Origin: Saccostrea cucullata
Taxonomy: Eukaryota
Direction: 5' to 3'
Length of the DNA stretch: 64,000 nucleotides
Assembly: GCF_032062105.1 (NCBI RefSeq)
Contig: NW_026938421.1
Location: 682,001 to 746,000 of the forward strand
A program made the translations under genes and the position numbers. This document shows, piece by piece, positions 12,801 to 25,880 of this stretch (its first letter is position 1; the number at the start of each line of letters is the position of its first letter). Below the pieces are notes generated by a model. The model saw only the letters and a list, made by a program, of their open reading frames with translations. It was not told the DNA's origin and did no database searches.

Positions 12801-14974
12801 ATATCAATAGAACAAAGAGAAAAACCTATTTATCCAAGGATTTGAGGTATCGACAGTAAACTACCAAAAAATTCAAGTTATTTTAAGACTCATATCCATG
12901 ATATTTGAGATCTCAATGTTTGAGATACTGAAGTTCAGCTGTATTTGAAGTCCAATGCTAAAAAGATCTTGATCCAAGCATACAAATTAATTGGAGGTTT
13001 ACAAAATAAGCTAGCTTTCAGTATAATTACTAGAGGTTGTCAATACAATGCCTATTGAAATGCAAAGCTTACACCTCTGCTGTTGAAAACTTGAAATTGC
13101 TGATTTTAACCATTTCTTACTCTAGGACAATATCTTACTCCAAAAGTTTTGAATATATGACATGTCTCTCGCCTGAAGTTTTTAAATATATCTTAAAACT
13201 TATGTAAAAATATCTGTTTTATAGAGAACCCCACCAGCCCCGCCCCTCCCAGTATTTCTGCCAGCACAGGATTTTCTCCGGCGCCATCCCTCACGGATCA
13301 GATGTCTGTGGACTCTTCATTCAGGAAACCGAACACAACATCTACTGGAACTGGTAAGCCAAGCATCAGAAACAAAGCTGAAAATCTGTACCCAGAAGCA
13401 AATCACTAGTTTATTTTAAGGTTTATTAGTAATAGATGTAAAAGGATATTTTCACTAGTTTGGAAAGTGTTCCTTACAAACAATTAGATAAAGAAAACAT
13501 CATCTTTGTAGGAATAGCACTTTGTAAGCAGTTTACTGGTAACTCTGTAATGATGATTGGAGTTCTGGTTTTGTTTGTATAAATTTATTTTTGGTTTTGT
13601 CATTGTTTATCTCTTTATCAGTTTAAGTCTGAATGATTATACATGTACTAGGAAACATTTAATTTGATAGCACTGAGTACCCAGGACCACTCTATACAGT
13701 CCATGCCTTCCCCCCAGCAGCCCCTCAACCAGCCATCCCCCTCCCCCCAAGTCCCCCTCCAACACAGCCCAATGCCACAGCCACCCCAGCAACAGCAACC
13801 CCAGCAGCAACAAATTGTACAGCAACAAATGTCCAATCCCATGCCACCACAGTCACAGTATGACACACTTAAAATGGTGAGTACTCAGTACAAAATCTTT
13901 TAATCCATTTTTAGCTTATTTTTTACAGTAAAGTGGTTGGAATGTTAAAATTACTGTACTTATAGTTTGAAATCTTCTGATTTATGCTGAAATGTTTATG
14001 TTCCTAGGAGTATTCTTTCATAATTCTCCTTGCTGAGGTGTACAAAAATTCTGAAACATATTATTTATCTTTTAGAATCCCATGCAAGGCATGGATACCA
14101 GTATGCAGAATAGGAGCACAGGTTAGTTTTAATTGCTGTGTTTTTATTTTAAAAAAAAAATATCATTTTCAATGATGGTCTGTAATATATATGTAAGACT
14201 CCAAGGTCTGATGGTGACGCCAAAGTCCGATGGTCTCGCTAAACCCCGACGGTCTGCGCCAAACCCCGATGATATGTTGTCGGTGCGGATGCCGAAGTCC
14301 GATGGTCACGCCAAAGTCCGATGGCTCGTTTCCTATGAGACACGCTGCGCTAAAGTGTGATGATCTGACACGCCAAAGTCCGATGGTGTGGAGAAACAAT
14401 CGACTTTTATGACGCCACAATAATTCGACATCAATCCTTGACGCATTCAAATGCCATCATTTCTGAATTTATCCTTGCATAGTTATATTACGCTTTTATT
14501 TATTTTGCGTATTACTTACATGTATCAGAGATATTGGGATTAGTCCTCGCATACCACTCAACTGATAAGGGTTAATCTTTTTAATTGTTTTGATTTACTA
14601 TTGGTTCTCGCACACTAGTCGAGTTATTAGGGTTAGTGAAGCACCCACCCAAGATATCTGGATATCTATATAGTTGTTAGGCCTACACACTTTTCGAGCG
14701 ATTAAGGTTAGTTTCGCACCTATTCGGGAGATAAGGGTTAGTTTTCGGATGATGATAAGTATTTTAATACTTATTTCAAAACCTTGGCATGGTTACGGCA
14801 TTGTAGTTTGGCGCATTAGTACTATGACATCATAAGCGTTAATTGTTTTCAGCACCATCGGGGTTTGGCGTCTCAAACCATCGCGGATTGGTGCAGACCA
14901 TTGGACTTTGGCGTGACCATCGACTTTGGAGTCCCATCGCACTTTGGAGTCCTACATATGCAGTGAGTCAGAGT

Positions 14975-15006
<32 letters not shown>

Positions 15007-18000
15007 GATAAAAACAACCAAGGACTGATTACTTTGCGTTCTGTGTCAGTCCAAATGACCGGTAAATGTTGACAGAGGAACTTGCAAAAATCTGACAAAA
15101 TTTCATGCCAATTACATATAACATATATAAGTGTCAAACTATGATTGGTAAACTGATAAAACAGGTTTGTTGACAGTGCTACGGTAAGCCAAGTGAGAAA
15201 ATCAAACTAGATTAAAAACCTATGAAGAAAATTGACCCCCGAGATAATTTAAAGAAAATTGACGATCAAATCAGCATGAAGTATGCAGTGTTTATTGAAA
15301 CATGGTGCACAATGTATTGATAATAAAATCGAACAAAGTTTTCATCTTTTTATTTAATTTTTTTTTTTTGGACAGATAGAAATTTGTCCGGACTGACAAA
15401 CTTCACATGGCAGTCGGTCCAAATGATTGACTGTGAAAAAAAGATTTCAAGAACTCTGAATGAGTTCATTCAAATTTTTGAATTAATGTACATATATGTT
15501 TTGTTACAAAACTGAAGTTACTCGGAGATAAACAATGTTCTGTACTCTGTAATTGTATGATTTTTTTTTAGTCATGGTTACCAATCCCACAAGTCAGCCA
15601 ATGTTCTCCCAGCCCACCCCAGACCAGCAACAGAACGTGGGAATGTCGGCCCAGCCAGGACAACCCAATCCTATGAAGGACAGGAAAATCATCTGGCAGG
15701 GGATGTTAGAATGGCAGGAGAAGATGAAGGCAGGAGGACCCCAGACCCCCAAAGTCAACCGGCAGCTACAGTGTCACCTGTCCATAGGCCTAGCTGATCC
15801 AGACATGTATGTTATATACATCCACAGCCTGCTTTAGACCTAACCTTTCTTTGGGACCTGAGAATTTTAATGTAACTTTAGATTTATTGTCGTATTTTAG
15901 ACAGCAGACCCATAGAAATCCTATTGTATGAACTATTCTGTTGTTTAGCTAATATCGAGATTCTTACCAATCAATATTTCTTGAAGGCTTTTAATTTACA
16001 ATATTTTACAACATGTTTAATTAATTTGTTTTTCAGTAATGCCATGAATTGGCCCAAAGTTCTGATCATGCAGTTGATCCCTCAGTCACTCCTGAACTCA
16101 ACCCAACTTCAGCCTCTCTTTAAAAACTCCCGCCAGGTGGCATTTCACTTTGGCAATCAGAATCTGGACGATCTTAGAAATCTCTACAAAGTCATGGGCA
16201 CTGGTTTTGTGAGTAAATTTTACAACAGTTTATTTTTTAAAAATCATAACAGTAATAAGTATTGAAATCTCTATGTAAGAAGAAGGTACGGTTTGGGCTT
16301 TGCAGTGCCTTAAAAATTATTGTTTTTAGTAAGATATGAATTTGGCTTTAATATGAGTTGAGTATATAAATATGATAAATCATTAAAGAATATGGCATGA
16401 TGGTGGACCATTCTGGAAATATGACGTCATTAATTTTGTACATTTGTAAATTTTATGCAGAAAAGATTCAACAGGAGGTCGTATTGGAAAAAGATTTGTA
16501 TGTTTTCCTTTTCAGGCTGGTTGTGTACATTTTCCAGCAGGAAGTCAGTGTGAAGTTCGAGTGCTTCTTTTATTATTTAGCAACAAAAGGAAAGCCTTTA
16601 TAGGACTCATTCCAAATGATCAAACAGCCTTTGTTAATGGGATAAGGAATGTCATCTTCACACACAAAATGAGGGTTAGTATACTACATGTATATGCTAT
16701 TCATGTTGTATTGTGTTGAGATTGTCTTGTAACCCTAATATAACATCCTATCCTATCCCTTTCTTTTCATTTGTAAATTTTTTTGAAGGTGGAGAAATGC
16801 ATTGTGTATTTTACTGTCCATGCTAAGTACAATGACAGATTTGAACTCAGGATGGGTCATAACCCTATACTGTAAATATATTACATTTGGCGTGTACGAA
16901 ATTTGGCGGAATTTCAATTTTCAACAAGTTAGCGTAGATTTGATTTAGCGCTGTCTGAATTTGCTAGTTATAAAAGATAATAGACGACAAGACATTTAGC
17001 GATATACTTGAATTAGCAGACTCTGCTTTCCGCCAAAGTCGCTAAATAGAATACACCGCTAAATGTAATACGTTTACAGTATTAATATACATGTACCACG
17101 ACTCTCATTAAAATTCTTTAAAGTTCAAGGTCACATGGATCGAAAGTCTAGAATGCAGGTGTAATAGTTTTAGTGCTTAGATTTTGAAGGAAACTCTGTA
17201 TTTGACCATTGATTGTGACATAGCCTTGGGTAAGATATTACTCCCCTACTGATAAAACAGGAGGGGACTTTAGTTTTTCTTTTCATCAGTCTATCCATCT
17301 GTCAGTCTGTCCTGCTTTGTTTTCTCCATTTTTTCTGAGACAATTGCAGATATTATGCTGCTTTTTGGTATGTAAGTCAACCTTGATGAGTTGATGATTA
17401 AGTTTGCAATTTGTTCCTACGCTGAAATGAAAATAAATAAGATTTTTGGAAAGACTTGAACCACGTCTGGCCTTATAGGTCTGTTCTCCAGTTAAATGGA
17501 GGTAATCCTTATCTATGTTTTTGTTTTCATAGCAACAACAGCAACAGAGACAAGACCAGCCACAGCAGATGCCACAACAACAACCATTTCCCGGTCAGCA
17601 GCAGCCAGGCATGGCCGCCCAGCCCATGCAGAATCCCCAGGGGGCCCAGTTTGGGGTATGTCGTAGTCTACTTAACTTCAAATGAAATCTGTCAAATTAT
17701 TTCAGACCAGTGCTAGCAGTGGTAAAAAGAGGATGTCAAGGTAAACACTGGGAGATTTATCAAATAAAGTGAATAATCTGGAGTTATCTCACTTGGATTG
17801 AATGTTATAAACCCCATTAATAAAAAGTTTTTGTGCTTTATGTGTATTGGTTTACCTTTACTTGCTAGGTACAGCAGATGCCTCAGGTTAGCATGCAGAA
17901 CCCCATGATGACCCAGCAGCAGGCCAATATTGTAGGTACACATTTCTCTGTAAGGCTGAGAAATATCCGTTATATTACCAAGAGTGTTCATTTTCTATAA

Positions 18001-18709
18001 TCTCTGTAAATCTTTCTGTAGCAGAAGCAAATGCAGGCAACACAGTTAGCAAAGCAACAAGAACAACAAAAGTTACTAGGTAAGCAAAGGAATAATGTCA
18101 CATTCAATATTAAATTTTTTTGCTTTAACTGTTATGACATTGATACTAAATACGGTAGTAGAATGAATACAGTATACGATAATAAGTTTGATGCTTTGTA
18201 CTACATGTAATCCTTTTAATTGCAGCACAACAAAGACAGTTGCAGATGCAACAACAACAGAGGCAACTGCAAATGCAGCAACAAATGCAACAGCAGCAAC
18301 AACAGCAACCTGGTCTCAATCAACAGCAACAACAGTTAACACAGCTCCTGATGCAGCAGGTATAAAAAGAAAATATGTAAAGAGGAATTTAATTCTTAAC
18401 TATTAACCAAATATTTCTACATATTTATATGTCTTTGTGTTAGTAAGTGCTAGTAAAAAAAATATTTTGAATGGTATGTAAAAGTAAATATCTGTGTCAT
18501 CATTACAGCAGCAACAGGGCCAAAGACAACCCCAGATGATTATTCCTCATGGGGGGAGGGGACCAGTCCTACACCAGGGGCAGCAGCAGGTGATGGGAGG
18601 GGGGCAGGTGCTCCAGGGAAACATGCCCCAGATGGCTCAGCAGGGCCCCGCCACAGGACCCCAGGGCGCTAACATGTTTGACGACCTGGATATGAACTTC
18701 TTGAGCTAA
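6840..18709 (+). CDS. MED25: Mediator complex subunit 25 (VWA domain, ACID/PTOV domain, Q-rich C-terminus)
   Basis: 19 exons: 6840-6958, 7105-7150, 7411-7535, 7870-7971, 8400-8520, 8725-8790, 9011-9101, 9204-9260, 13225-13353, 13671-13876, 14076-14121, 15572-15806, 16037-16208, 16516-16674, 17533-17655, 17869-17931, 18022-18079, 18226-18359, 18509-18709. Motifs [86 protein letters not shown] and AGCVHFP...FIGLIPNDQ match MED25. AATAAA at about 18931. Confidence 0.93.
9243..11030 (+). repeat. Minisatellite, 43-bp unit (about 40 copies), starting inside MED25 exon 8 and spanning its 5' splice site
   Basis: Consensus GTAGACAAACCTGTAGACAGTAAGTGTAGACATGTATATAGCT, built from three TGTAGACA subunits. 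Some units are shortened to 31 bp. Confidence 0.95.
11398..12736 (+). mobile_element. Full-length mariner (Tc1/mariner, DD34D) transposon in MED25 intron 8
   Basis: Perfect 27-bp TIRs CGAGGGCTGTTCAATAAATAATGTCCT, flanking TA duplications (11396-97 and 12737-38) and an uninterrupted transposase ORF. Confidence 0.97.
11589..12665 (+). CDS. Mariner transposase, 358 aa
   Basis: ATG at 11589 (MPSKELLKK). HTH region with RPGRP, WIPHVL linker, and catalytic TGDETW / HDNAPAH / [10 protein letters not shown] with 34 residues between the 2nd and 3rd Asp. Confidence 0.95.
   Translation: MPSKELLKKTEVRSFIKAAVLLGKHPTEIFTEMRDVYGNQCLSYRQMNRWILKFKNGKFEVKDESRPGRPRTRTSDAMIAKIRKLVTDDGRLTVRQLAKLVGISSGAVYTVLKKHLALKKISAHWIPHVLTNEQKEHRVRISKQLLKKYKNCNDRRLSELLTGDETWIHYFEPQRKINNKMWLSKRAKRPGIAKRCQSTKKVLYAIFFNSKGPVAQIPIRKGRSITGQVYKEKVLQKVKRVYERKRPKSGIRHINLLHDNAPAHTSRIVKEFLEKEKVNVLPHPPYSPDLSPCDFFLFPKLKKHLSGKKYNSRNAIGSAIFQYMKGIPQIVYKKAFRNWIKRLQKCVSVKGEYFEGNH
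14192..14956. mobile_element. Non-autonomous TIR element with tandem subterminal repeats
   Basis: TA|TGTAAGACTCCAA ... TTGGAGTCCTACA|TA. Repeated CGCCAAAGTCCGATGG units at the left end are mirrored as CCATCG(G)ACTTTGGCG at the right end. Confidence 0.75.
14969..15458. mobile_element. MITE with CAG termini (hAT- or P-like)
   Basis: CAGAGTTCTTGAAATCTTT / AAAGATTTCAAGAACTCTG. Flanks AGTGAGT and AATGAGT form an imperfect TSD. Confidence 0.7.
16870..17079. mobile_element. TA-TSD MITE
   Basis: TA|CTGTAAATATATTACATTTGGCG ... CGCTAAATGTAATACGTTTACAG|TA. Confidence 0.7.
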
Positions 18710-19267
18710 CACCTCAAAAGACTTCATGAAATCTTTGGTATTTGATCTGATCATTGTGTTAGCTTTAGGGGAGTTATTACCCCTGGAATCAGGAATCTGG
18801 TTCTTAAAGCTTTTGTGCTTATAACTAATGTGATGTAGGTATACAGGCATACCTATACAAATGGATAGCTCAGCGAAGTTGGCGTATTTTTATTCTGTAA
18901 TGGAAATTGTTGTAAATAATTGTTATGCAAAATAAAGTGCAATACGTCTTTCAAATTTTGTTTCTTCTTTTTATACAGCTAAATGTCTTACATTTAAACG
19001 TAAAAACATTATAGGCAAACATTCCATTCATTTTTTTTTTCAGATTTTGCTTGTTGGTATAGTATTTCAAGTGTAAATTTAAAGCTGAACAAATCATGTG
19101 CTGAACTATTTTTTAAGGGGTTATTTATTTCATAGTTCTACTGTATTGTGGAAAAATCCACCTCAAGCTTCTAAATGTGATTTTGAGATATTTAAAATAT
19201 TTGTAGAAACATAAAATCCAAGCAATATACTGTAGAATTCCTCATTTTGGTTTTGTCAAAGTTCTGG

Positions 19268-19730
19268 TTAGCTTACCTGAGACAAAGGCTCAAGTGAGCT
19301 TTTCTATCAGTTTTTCTGGTGTCTGTCTGTCCGCCTGTCTCTGTTAACATTTTACATTTTTGACTTCTTCTCAAGAACCACTGCCAATTTCAACCAAACT
19401 TGCCAAATAGTTATCCTGGGAAAAGGGGATTCAAGTTTATACAAATGAAGGGTCACACCCTCTTCCAAGGGGAGACAATTTCAAATTAGTGAAAAATTAA
19501 TGGCATCTTTTATACCGAATCATCCTCGGGTAGAGTAGATTCAAGTTTGTTCAAATAATGACCGCCGGAGGTAGGTCGGGACCAAATTGGATGATCAAAG
19601 TTTTACATAAGAATATATATAGAAAAATTTTCTTCTCGAGAACTTCATGTAAAATGTCATGATTTGGCATATTTAAATGAAAGCATTTTCAGGTAGCATG
19701 ACAATCTCACATGCATGGGCCTTTTGTTTT
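19268..19730 (+). mobile_element. Degenerate Helentron-type non-autonomous element (HINE/pearl-like); related decayed copies at about 5170-5690, 28870-30265 (-) and 36550-37380
   Basis: TTAGCTTACCTGAG...GGCTCAAGTGAGCTTTT start, CTGTCTGTCC microsatellite, core motifs CCACTG/TTTCAACCAAACTT/GATTCAAGTTTGTTCAAAT shared among copies, and a CATGGGCCT...TGTT end. Confidence 0.6.
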
Positions 19731-20121
19731 AGTATTGGTTCACATGAAGGACATGAATTTGTGGGTTTCCACATACCAAGGATTAAAAATTAGAAATTGA
19801 AATGTCCCAAAAAGTTATTTCACAGCATATGCTGCAACCAAATTTTTTTTCAGGAGAATTACAATGCATTTTTCTATCTTTATGAAGTTTTATCCCATGG
19901 ATATGACTCTGTGACATTTTTTTATATCCCACAATTAAGTGCAGTTGTTACATCACAATGGTTTTTGCGTTAGCGTGAGGAAGTAAAATAAAGTTGAGTT
20001 CCTATACTAGTATATAAACAGTGTAATTCACTTCATGTGATTTTTAAACATGGGATAAAAAGAATCTCGCCATGGCTCGGGGATAAAAAACACAACTGGT
20101 TGGATAAAAATCATATCCAAG

Positions 20122-23100
20122 GGGTGACTGGAAAAACCCGAAACCCCCCGATTTTTGGAGAATACCCATACAGGAGGGGTGAAACCCCAATAAAGTGGTG
20201 GAAACCCCATAAAATTGAACGTAATGGGGTACAATAAGGCCTAAGGTGATGTTTAATTGAATGATATTGACATCCGTAAATTTTTATAGCCAATTTTACC
20301 TCAGAATCGACGGAAATCGGGCGCCATTACGAGTTTACCGTACACCACGCCCGATCTAAATTCAAAGCGAGCTGTTTGTCAATATAATTGCATAGATAAT
20401 AATAAAATAATTCATAATAATTTCCACAATTATATTTGTTTTACAATGATAATAGTAAAATATTAATTATGTAATAAGTATTTAACAAAAAATGTAAGGA
20501 CGTTAGCCATTTTGTGTACTAATTATTCATATCATCTCAATGTAACCAGCTCTAGCCATGTGGAGGCCTCCTTTTTGTAGAGCCATAATTTAAGATGATT
20601 TTAGAGAAATTCTGAATTTAGAGATATAAAAATATCCAAAAGTTTCAAAGGAACAATAATAATAAAAAAAAAATAGTAATGGTAATTAATTAATAATTAC
20701 TTATACATGTATGTTAGAAAGAGAGCAAAAAACTAGATAAATTTCAAAATATGAAAATACTGAACTTATTTTTGAGATTATAGACAAATTCTGAATTTAA
20801 AGCAACAATAATAATTTAGAATAAAAATAATAATTACTTATATGTAAAATACAAAGAGAACAAAAAATGAATCATTGTCAAAATATGAAAATACTGAAAC
20901 CTGGAAAGAAATAGTAAATTAAAAGAATATATTAATAAATTTTCAAATATACAGATATTTTATTTCAAAGTAACCTTTTTCTGTTCTTTTCTTAGAAAAA
21001 AAAATCAGATGCTTTAAATATTTCAGTTGTTTACATTTTGAATTGTCTTTATATTAAAACAAATATGAAATAAAGAAAAAAAAGAAAAGTAAAAAAAAAT
21101 TACACCACAAAATAAAATAACAGAAGTTTTGATTGAATTTTAACTATGAAAAAATCTTAGTCTGGACTGGTTGAAAGTGAACTGAAAATATTTGATCATC
21201 TTCAAGCATAGGTATTTTATGTAATTTTACATTTCATCGCCAGTTGAATCTGTCGACTAAAAATTTCCATTGCCTCTCTGTTCAAACTATTCCCATTCTC
21301 ATGCCAAACGTTTTTATTCAAATATTCTGAGATTTCCATATTTCCTTTGTAGTGCTTTATTTATGTCAAAAACCGTAGAATAAATTATTGTACTTTCCTG
21401 GATTCATGGTTCCACAATTAAATCATTTGCCTAAACAGACTTCCAATGAATATTTTTTGAACCGAATCTTTACTTAACAGTTTTTCAAGAATGTTTTGGA
21501 TTTATTAACACTATTTCTGACACAGAAGATGAATTTATGTCTTTTTCTCCCACTTGCAGAAACACTTTTGTTGGACAAAATTCAACTGCTCTTCCGCGAA
21601 AGATTGACTATAAATAAAGCTTTTTGTTGTAGCTAGTATCTTTGTCACTAAAAAATTGAACTCAATATAATTATTTAGCAACGTAAAATTCACACAACCA
21701 TTTGCTACACTATTCTCTAATTCTAGCACATGATTTTGACCAATTACCGCAATTCGTTCTGAATAAGTAATAGATGGAACGGGTGCCTGAGGAGTTGTAG
21801 GAATTACTACAGAGGAAGCTCAGAAAAAGTAGGAGTAATTAAGGGAGCTGCTGAAGGACTTGGTACGGGTATACAGGTGGAGGAATTGATGAAGCTGCTG
21901 TCGGGATTGGTGCTGGATTTGACGGAGCTGATGCAGGACCTTGGATGGGTACAGGGTGCCTTGTAAAAGGGGAATAGTTGAGGGAGTCATGCAGTCATTA
22001 GAGATCAGGGGAAAGCACCCTGTTTAATCCTATACACAGAAGACGAAATTACTGACATTAAAACTTTATGTTGCAGTGGACAGACAATTTTAGGTGTTGA
22101 CAAAACTTTTAATCTTTGTGACATGCATGTCTTTAAATATCAGCCATCCTTTGCTCAATTATTTATTAAGGTTAGAACTTAGAGTAGGGTTGGTATCAGG
22201 CAGTATTCCTCCCCCGCCAGACAGGTGCTGACCAGTGAATACTGCTTGGTGTTTTGTTAGGTTAGGTTACGTTAGGAATATAATTGTTTTTTTAAATGTT
22301 GCTAATAAAATTATAAATTCCTTTCTCTAAAATTTTTATAATGTTATTTTATTTTATGTATATTACTTTCATTTGGCTGTAATATTTTTATATTTGAACA
22401 AAAGATTGACTAGGAATAATGATACAGTATCTTTAAGTCTTTTAAAAAACTTTTTAATAAAAGTTTTTTTTTATTTTTTTATCTTTTGGTCATCTTTCGG
22501 TTCTTTGGCTTTAATATTTTTCTGTTTCAAAATTCAAATCATGGCTCTACAATTAAGGAGGCCTCCACGTGGGCTAGAGCTGGGAACATAAGGAAACTAT
22601 GAATATTTTCAGGTATTACTAATTTGAAAGGTCTTTATTTATTAATTTGTCATGAATTATCAAAATTATCAAAATTCATATTTTCCTTATGTGTGTGCTA
22701 ACGTCCTTTAAAATGAAATTCTGTAAAGCATAACTGTACAATTGAGAATAGTAAAGGTTCAGTGTATATACACATGCCCTTCCAGAGGGGGGTTGGTCAG
22801 ACTAGCTGGGAACCCAGGTGTTTAAACAAAAGGTGTTTATTATCAAGTTGACCAAGTGTCAACAGCTGTGTATATATTGCATGTACACACACAGGGGTGC
22901 CTGTCTATCCCAGTATAAAACAACAGAGCTAGCTGAGGTGTGAATAATATTCTCACAACAATGTTACAATGCCCACTGTACAAGGATTCACATATGCAAC
23001 ATGCACATTTTTATTATTTTTTATCAGACTTTTTTATTTCATAGACCTGGATTCTAATAATTTCATTGTAATGGATACATGTTGCTTTCTCATATCAATG

Positions 23101-24020
23101 AGTATATTTTTTTCTACTACCTGCATAAAAAACAAAACAAACAAACAAACAAAAAAACACTCTCTCCCCCCCCTCCCCCCCAAAAAAAAACAGAACCAAA
23201 AACATTAAAACAAAAAATTAGTAACTGAAAAATAATAATGAATGAATACTGAATTTAAAAATTAATTATTAAACATAGAAGAAAACATTTCAAAACAAAC
23301 ACCTTAATTAAAAATTAAATAAATTAAACAAATTCATTCATTAGTTAATTTAATTTGATTACATGTTATACATGATTGGAATTGGGAAAAATTACTTTAT
23401 TCCTTGATTAATGGACTAGTTAAATTCATAAAAAAAAACCAAAAAAAACATTCAATTAAAAATTTCACTGTAATGTCTTTCATTATGATAATTACATTAA
23501 CAAATTCAGTCATTAATTAATTTAATTTAATTACATATTATAAATGATTGGAATTTATAAAAATGACTTTATTTCTTGATTAATGGACTAGTTAAACTCT
23601 TTAAAAAAATGCACTGTAAATAATTTCAACATGATAAATATTTCATACTTCTTTTATATTCTTAAGGTTTCCTTACAAATAATTTTTTAAAAAATAATAT
23701 TCATACATAATATAATATTCATATTGATCAAGGTTACAGTAATTATTTCCACGGATTACTCGAAACGACTTCAGCGATCGCGAATTTAGATCGGGCGTGG
23801 TGTGCAGTATATCAAGAAAAGAAGAAACCCGTCGATTCTGAGGTAAAATTGGCTATAAAAATTTACGGATGTCAATATCATTCAATTAAACATCACCTTA
23901 GGCCTTATAGTACCCCATTACATTCAATTTTATGGGGTTTCCACCACTTTATTGGGGTTTCACCCCTCCTGTATGGGTATTCTCCAAAAATCGGGGGGTT
24001 TCGGGTTTTTCCAGTTACCG
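20122..24020. mobile_element. Mutator-like (MULE) non-autonomous element, 3.9 kb
   Basis: Near-identical TIRs of about 190 bp (20122-20312 vs 23829-24020), a 9-bp TSD ATATCCAAG (20113-21, 24021-29) and an internal MULE-transposase-like fragment. Confidence 0.85.
21991..22131 (+). pseudogene. Fragment of MULE-type transposase
   Basis: Translates AVIRDQGKAPCLILYTEDEITDIKTLCCSGQTILGVDKTFNLCDMHV. The xGVDxTFNL stretch resembles the first catalytic Asp motif of invertebrate MULE transposases (recalled similarity). Confidence 0.55.
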
Positions 24021-24274
24021 ATATCCAAGTACTAATCATGGGAGATCCTATATTAAATCAGTGAGGACCTGAAGCATTTGGCCTTTTATTCTAACAGTAA
24101 ACATGAATCTGCTGTTGTATCCTTCTCTTATTTGTGTATCAAGGAAGTTGATAAAAGTGAGGCCCCTGTTTTCTAACTAGAGAATGGAGAATGACAAGGC
24201 TCTGGACTTCAGACTGACAAAAGTCCTGTACAAAACACTGTCATTTTAGGGAGTCAGGTAATTTTGGACATATA

Positions 24275-25335
24275 CGAGGGTTGTCCCATAAAATCGTGGA
24301 CAAAGCGTTTTTCTCGAAAAGTAATGGGCGCACTAAGCTGAAATTTTCAGTAAATGTTTATTCATCATATTTAAGTGAATCATAATGTTTTTTATAATAC
24401 ATATTCAAAAATAAAGATTTAATTCTGATTTAATGTGCACAAGGTATTGTCCTACGGCGCATGGTAAAAATAGCAAGGTTATATTAGAGAAGACATAAGA
24501 ATTAATTCGTAATAAAAGTTTTCAATACATAAGATTAGGATGAAAATTATCCTTATTCCATTCCTTAATCAATTTTGTCGTCTTTTAAAAAAAATTCAAG
24601 GCATTTGGTTAATTTTTGGCAGTGTCCCGAGCTTTTGAAATGGGAAAGTAATAAACACAATACACGAAAAATGGCGACTTTTTATGACGTTACGGCGCAC
24701 CGGAGAGCAGTTCAGATAGATTAGGATGTTGTAATGACGCCTTAAAGAGACTTTAAATGAATACAGAAGAAAGAAAATGTGAAAAATATCATCAGATTTT
24801 TAGTATATAAATGAAATGAAAGTTTTCTTAGCGATTTCTTCGTGGTCGAGTCCCCAGATAGTACAAAACACATGGACAGACTGCCATTTGTAATAGCAAA
24901 GGACGCTGTCACTGTCGACCGTCGATGCGAGATTCTCTTTTAGTTGAATGGTGGTGAGAAAACTGTCTGTAACTTGCTAATAAATATTCAGAAGATCGCA
25001 TGAGTGTGTCACATTGGTTTCTTAACTGGTTATATATACTCACATATGTAAATCAATAAAAAAACTAAATTTAAGTGGGGCTTATCCAACTTTAAGTTTA
25101 GCAAAGATGAAACGTGACGCTGTTTTAGACTCTTTGACGTTATCATCCGTGCGCCGTAGGGCGATACAGTATATTACATAAAATTAACAATTTGTTTACC
25201 TATGCATATATCTACTTGAAATTTGATATGTATATTCATAATTTATCCACTAAAAAGAAGTGAAAATTTCAGAACGCAGTGATGATTATTTTTCAAACTA
25301 GACAACTTGTCCACGATTTTACGGGACAACCCTCG
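24275..25335. mobile_element. Mariner-type non-autonomous element (MITE), 1061 bp
   Basis: TA|CGAGGGTTGTCCCATAAAATCGTGGACAA ... TTGTCCACGATTTTACGGGACAACCCTCG|TA (29-bp TIR, 1 mismatch); no ORF. Confidence 0.85.
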
Positions 25336-25850
25336 TAATGATGTATAAAAGTCAAAACATAATACTTAAAAATATTTATTTGGTCATAAAAGAAATACAA
25401 TAAGTAGTTGGTGTGATAAAATCATACTGCTGTCTCTAAAATATTTTTTAAAAAATTAAAAGACTTTTAAAATGCAATATAATCAAATAGATGGGACACA
25501 AAATGATCAATACAGATAAAATTACATTAATTTAACACTACCCTGTAAGTTTATTTTTACTTACGGAATCACTCAAAAATATATCACAAGATATCCAGTA
25601 AAAATGCATCATACATGTACATCTATTAAAATGTACAATCATTTCAAAACAAATACAGATCATATAAAATTAGGTATTTTAAAAACAAAAAACATTAATA
25701 AATCAATGATATTTTAGAAGAATCACAGGGAAAAAATCTGAATACTGTAATTATCCTGCTAACACATGAACTTGTACCAAACACTGATATGTTTTACAAA
25801 GAGGAGGAAGGAGAAGATAGTTCCTATGATCAAGTTATGGTTGTTCTTGT

Positions 25851-25880
25851 TCACAGCTTGCTAGAGTCCTTATCTAGTCA
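25851..25880 (-). other. IDH1: Predicted stop-codon readthrough extension of IDH1 ending in PTS1 (X-LDKDSSKL*)
   Basis: - strand: TGA CTA GAT AAG GAC TCT AGC AAG CTG TGA. UGA-CUAG readthrough context and a canonical SKL immediately before the second stop. Confidence 0.85.

Noticed and set aside
25878-25880. IDH1 UGA as selenocysteine
   Set aside because: It falls at the normal IDH1 C-terminus, no SECIS was recognised by eye, and the CUAG context plus SKL is explained better by leaky readthrough.
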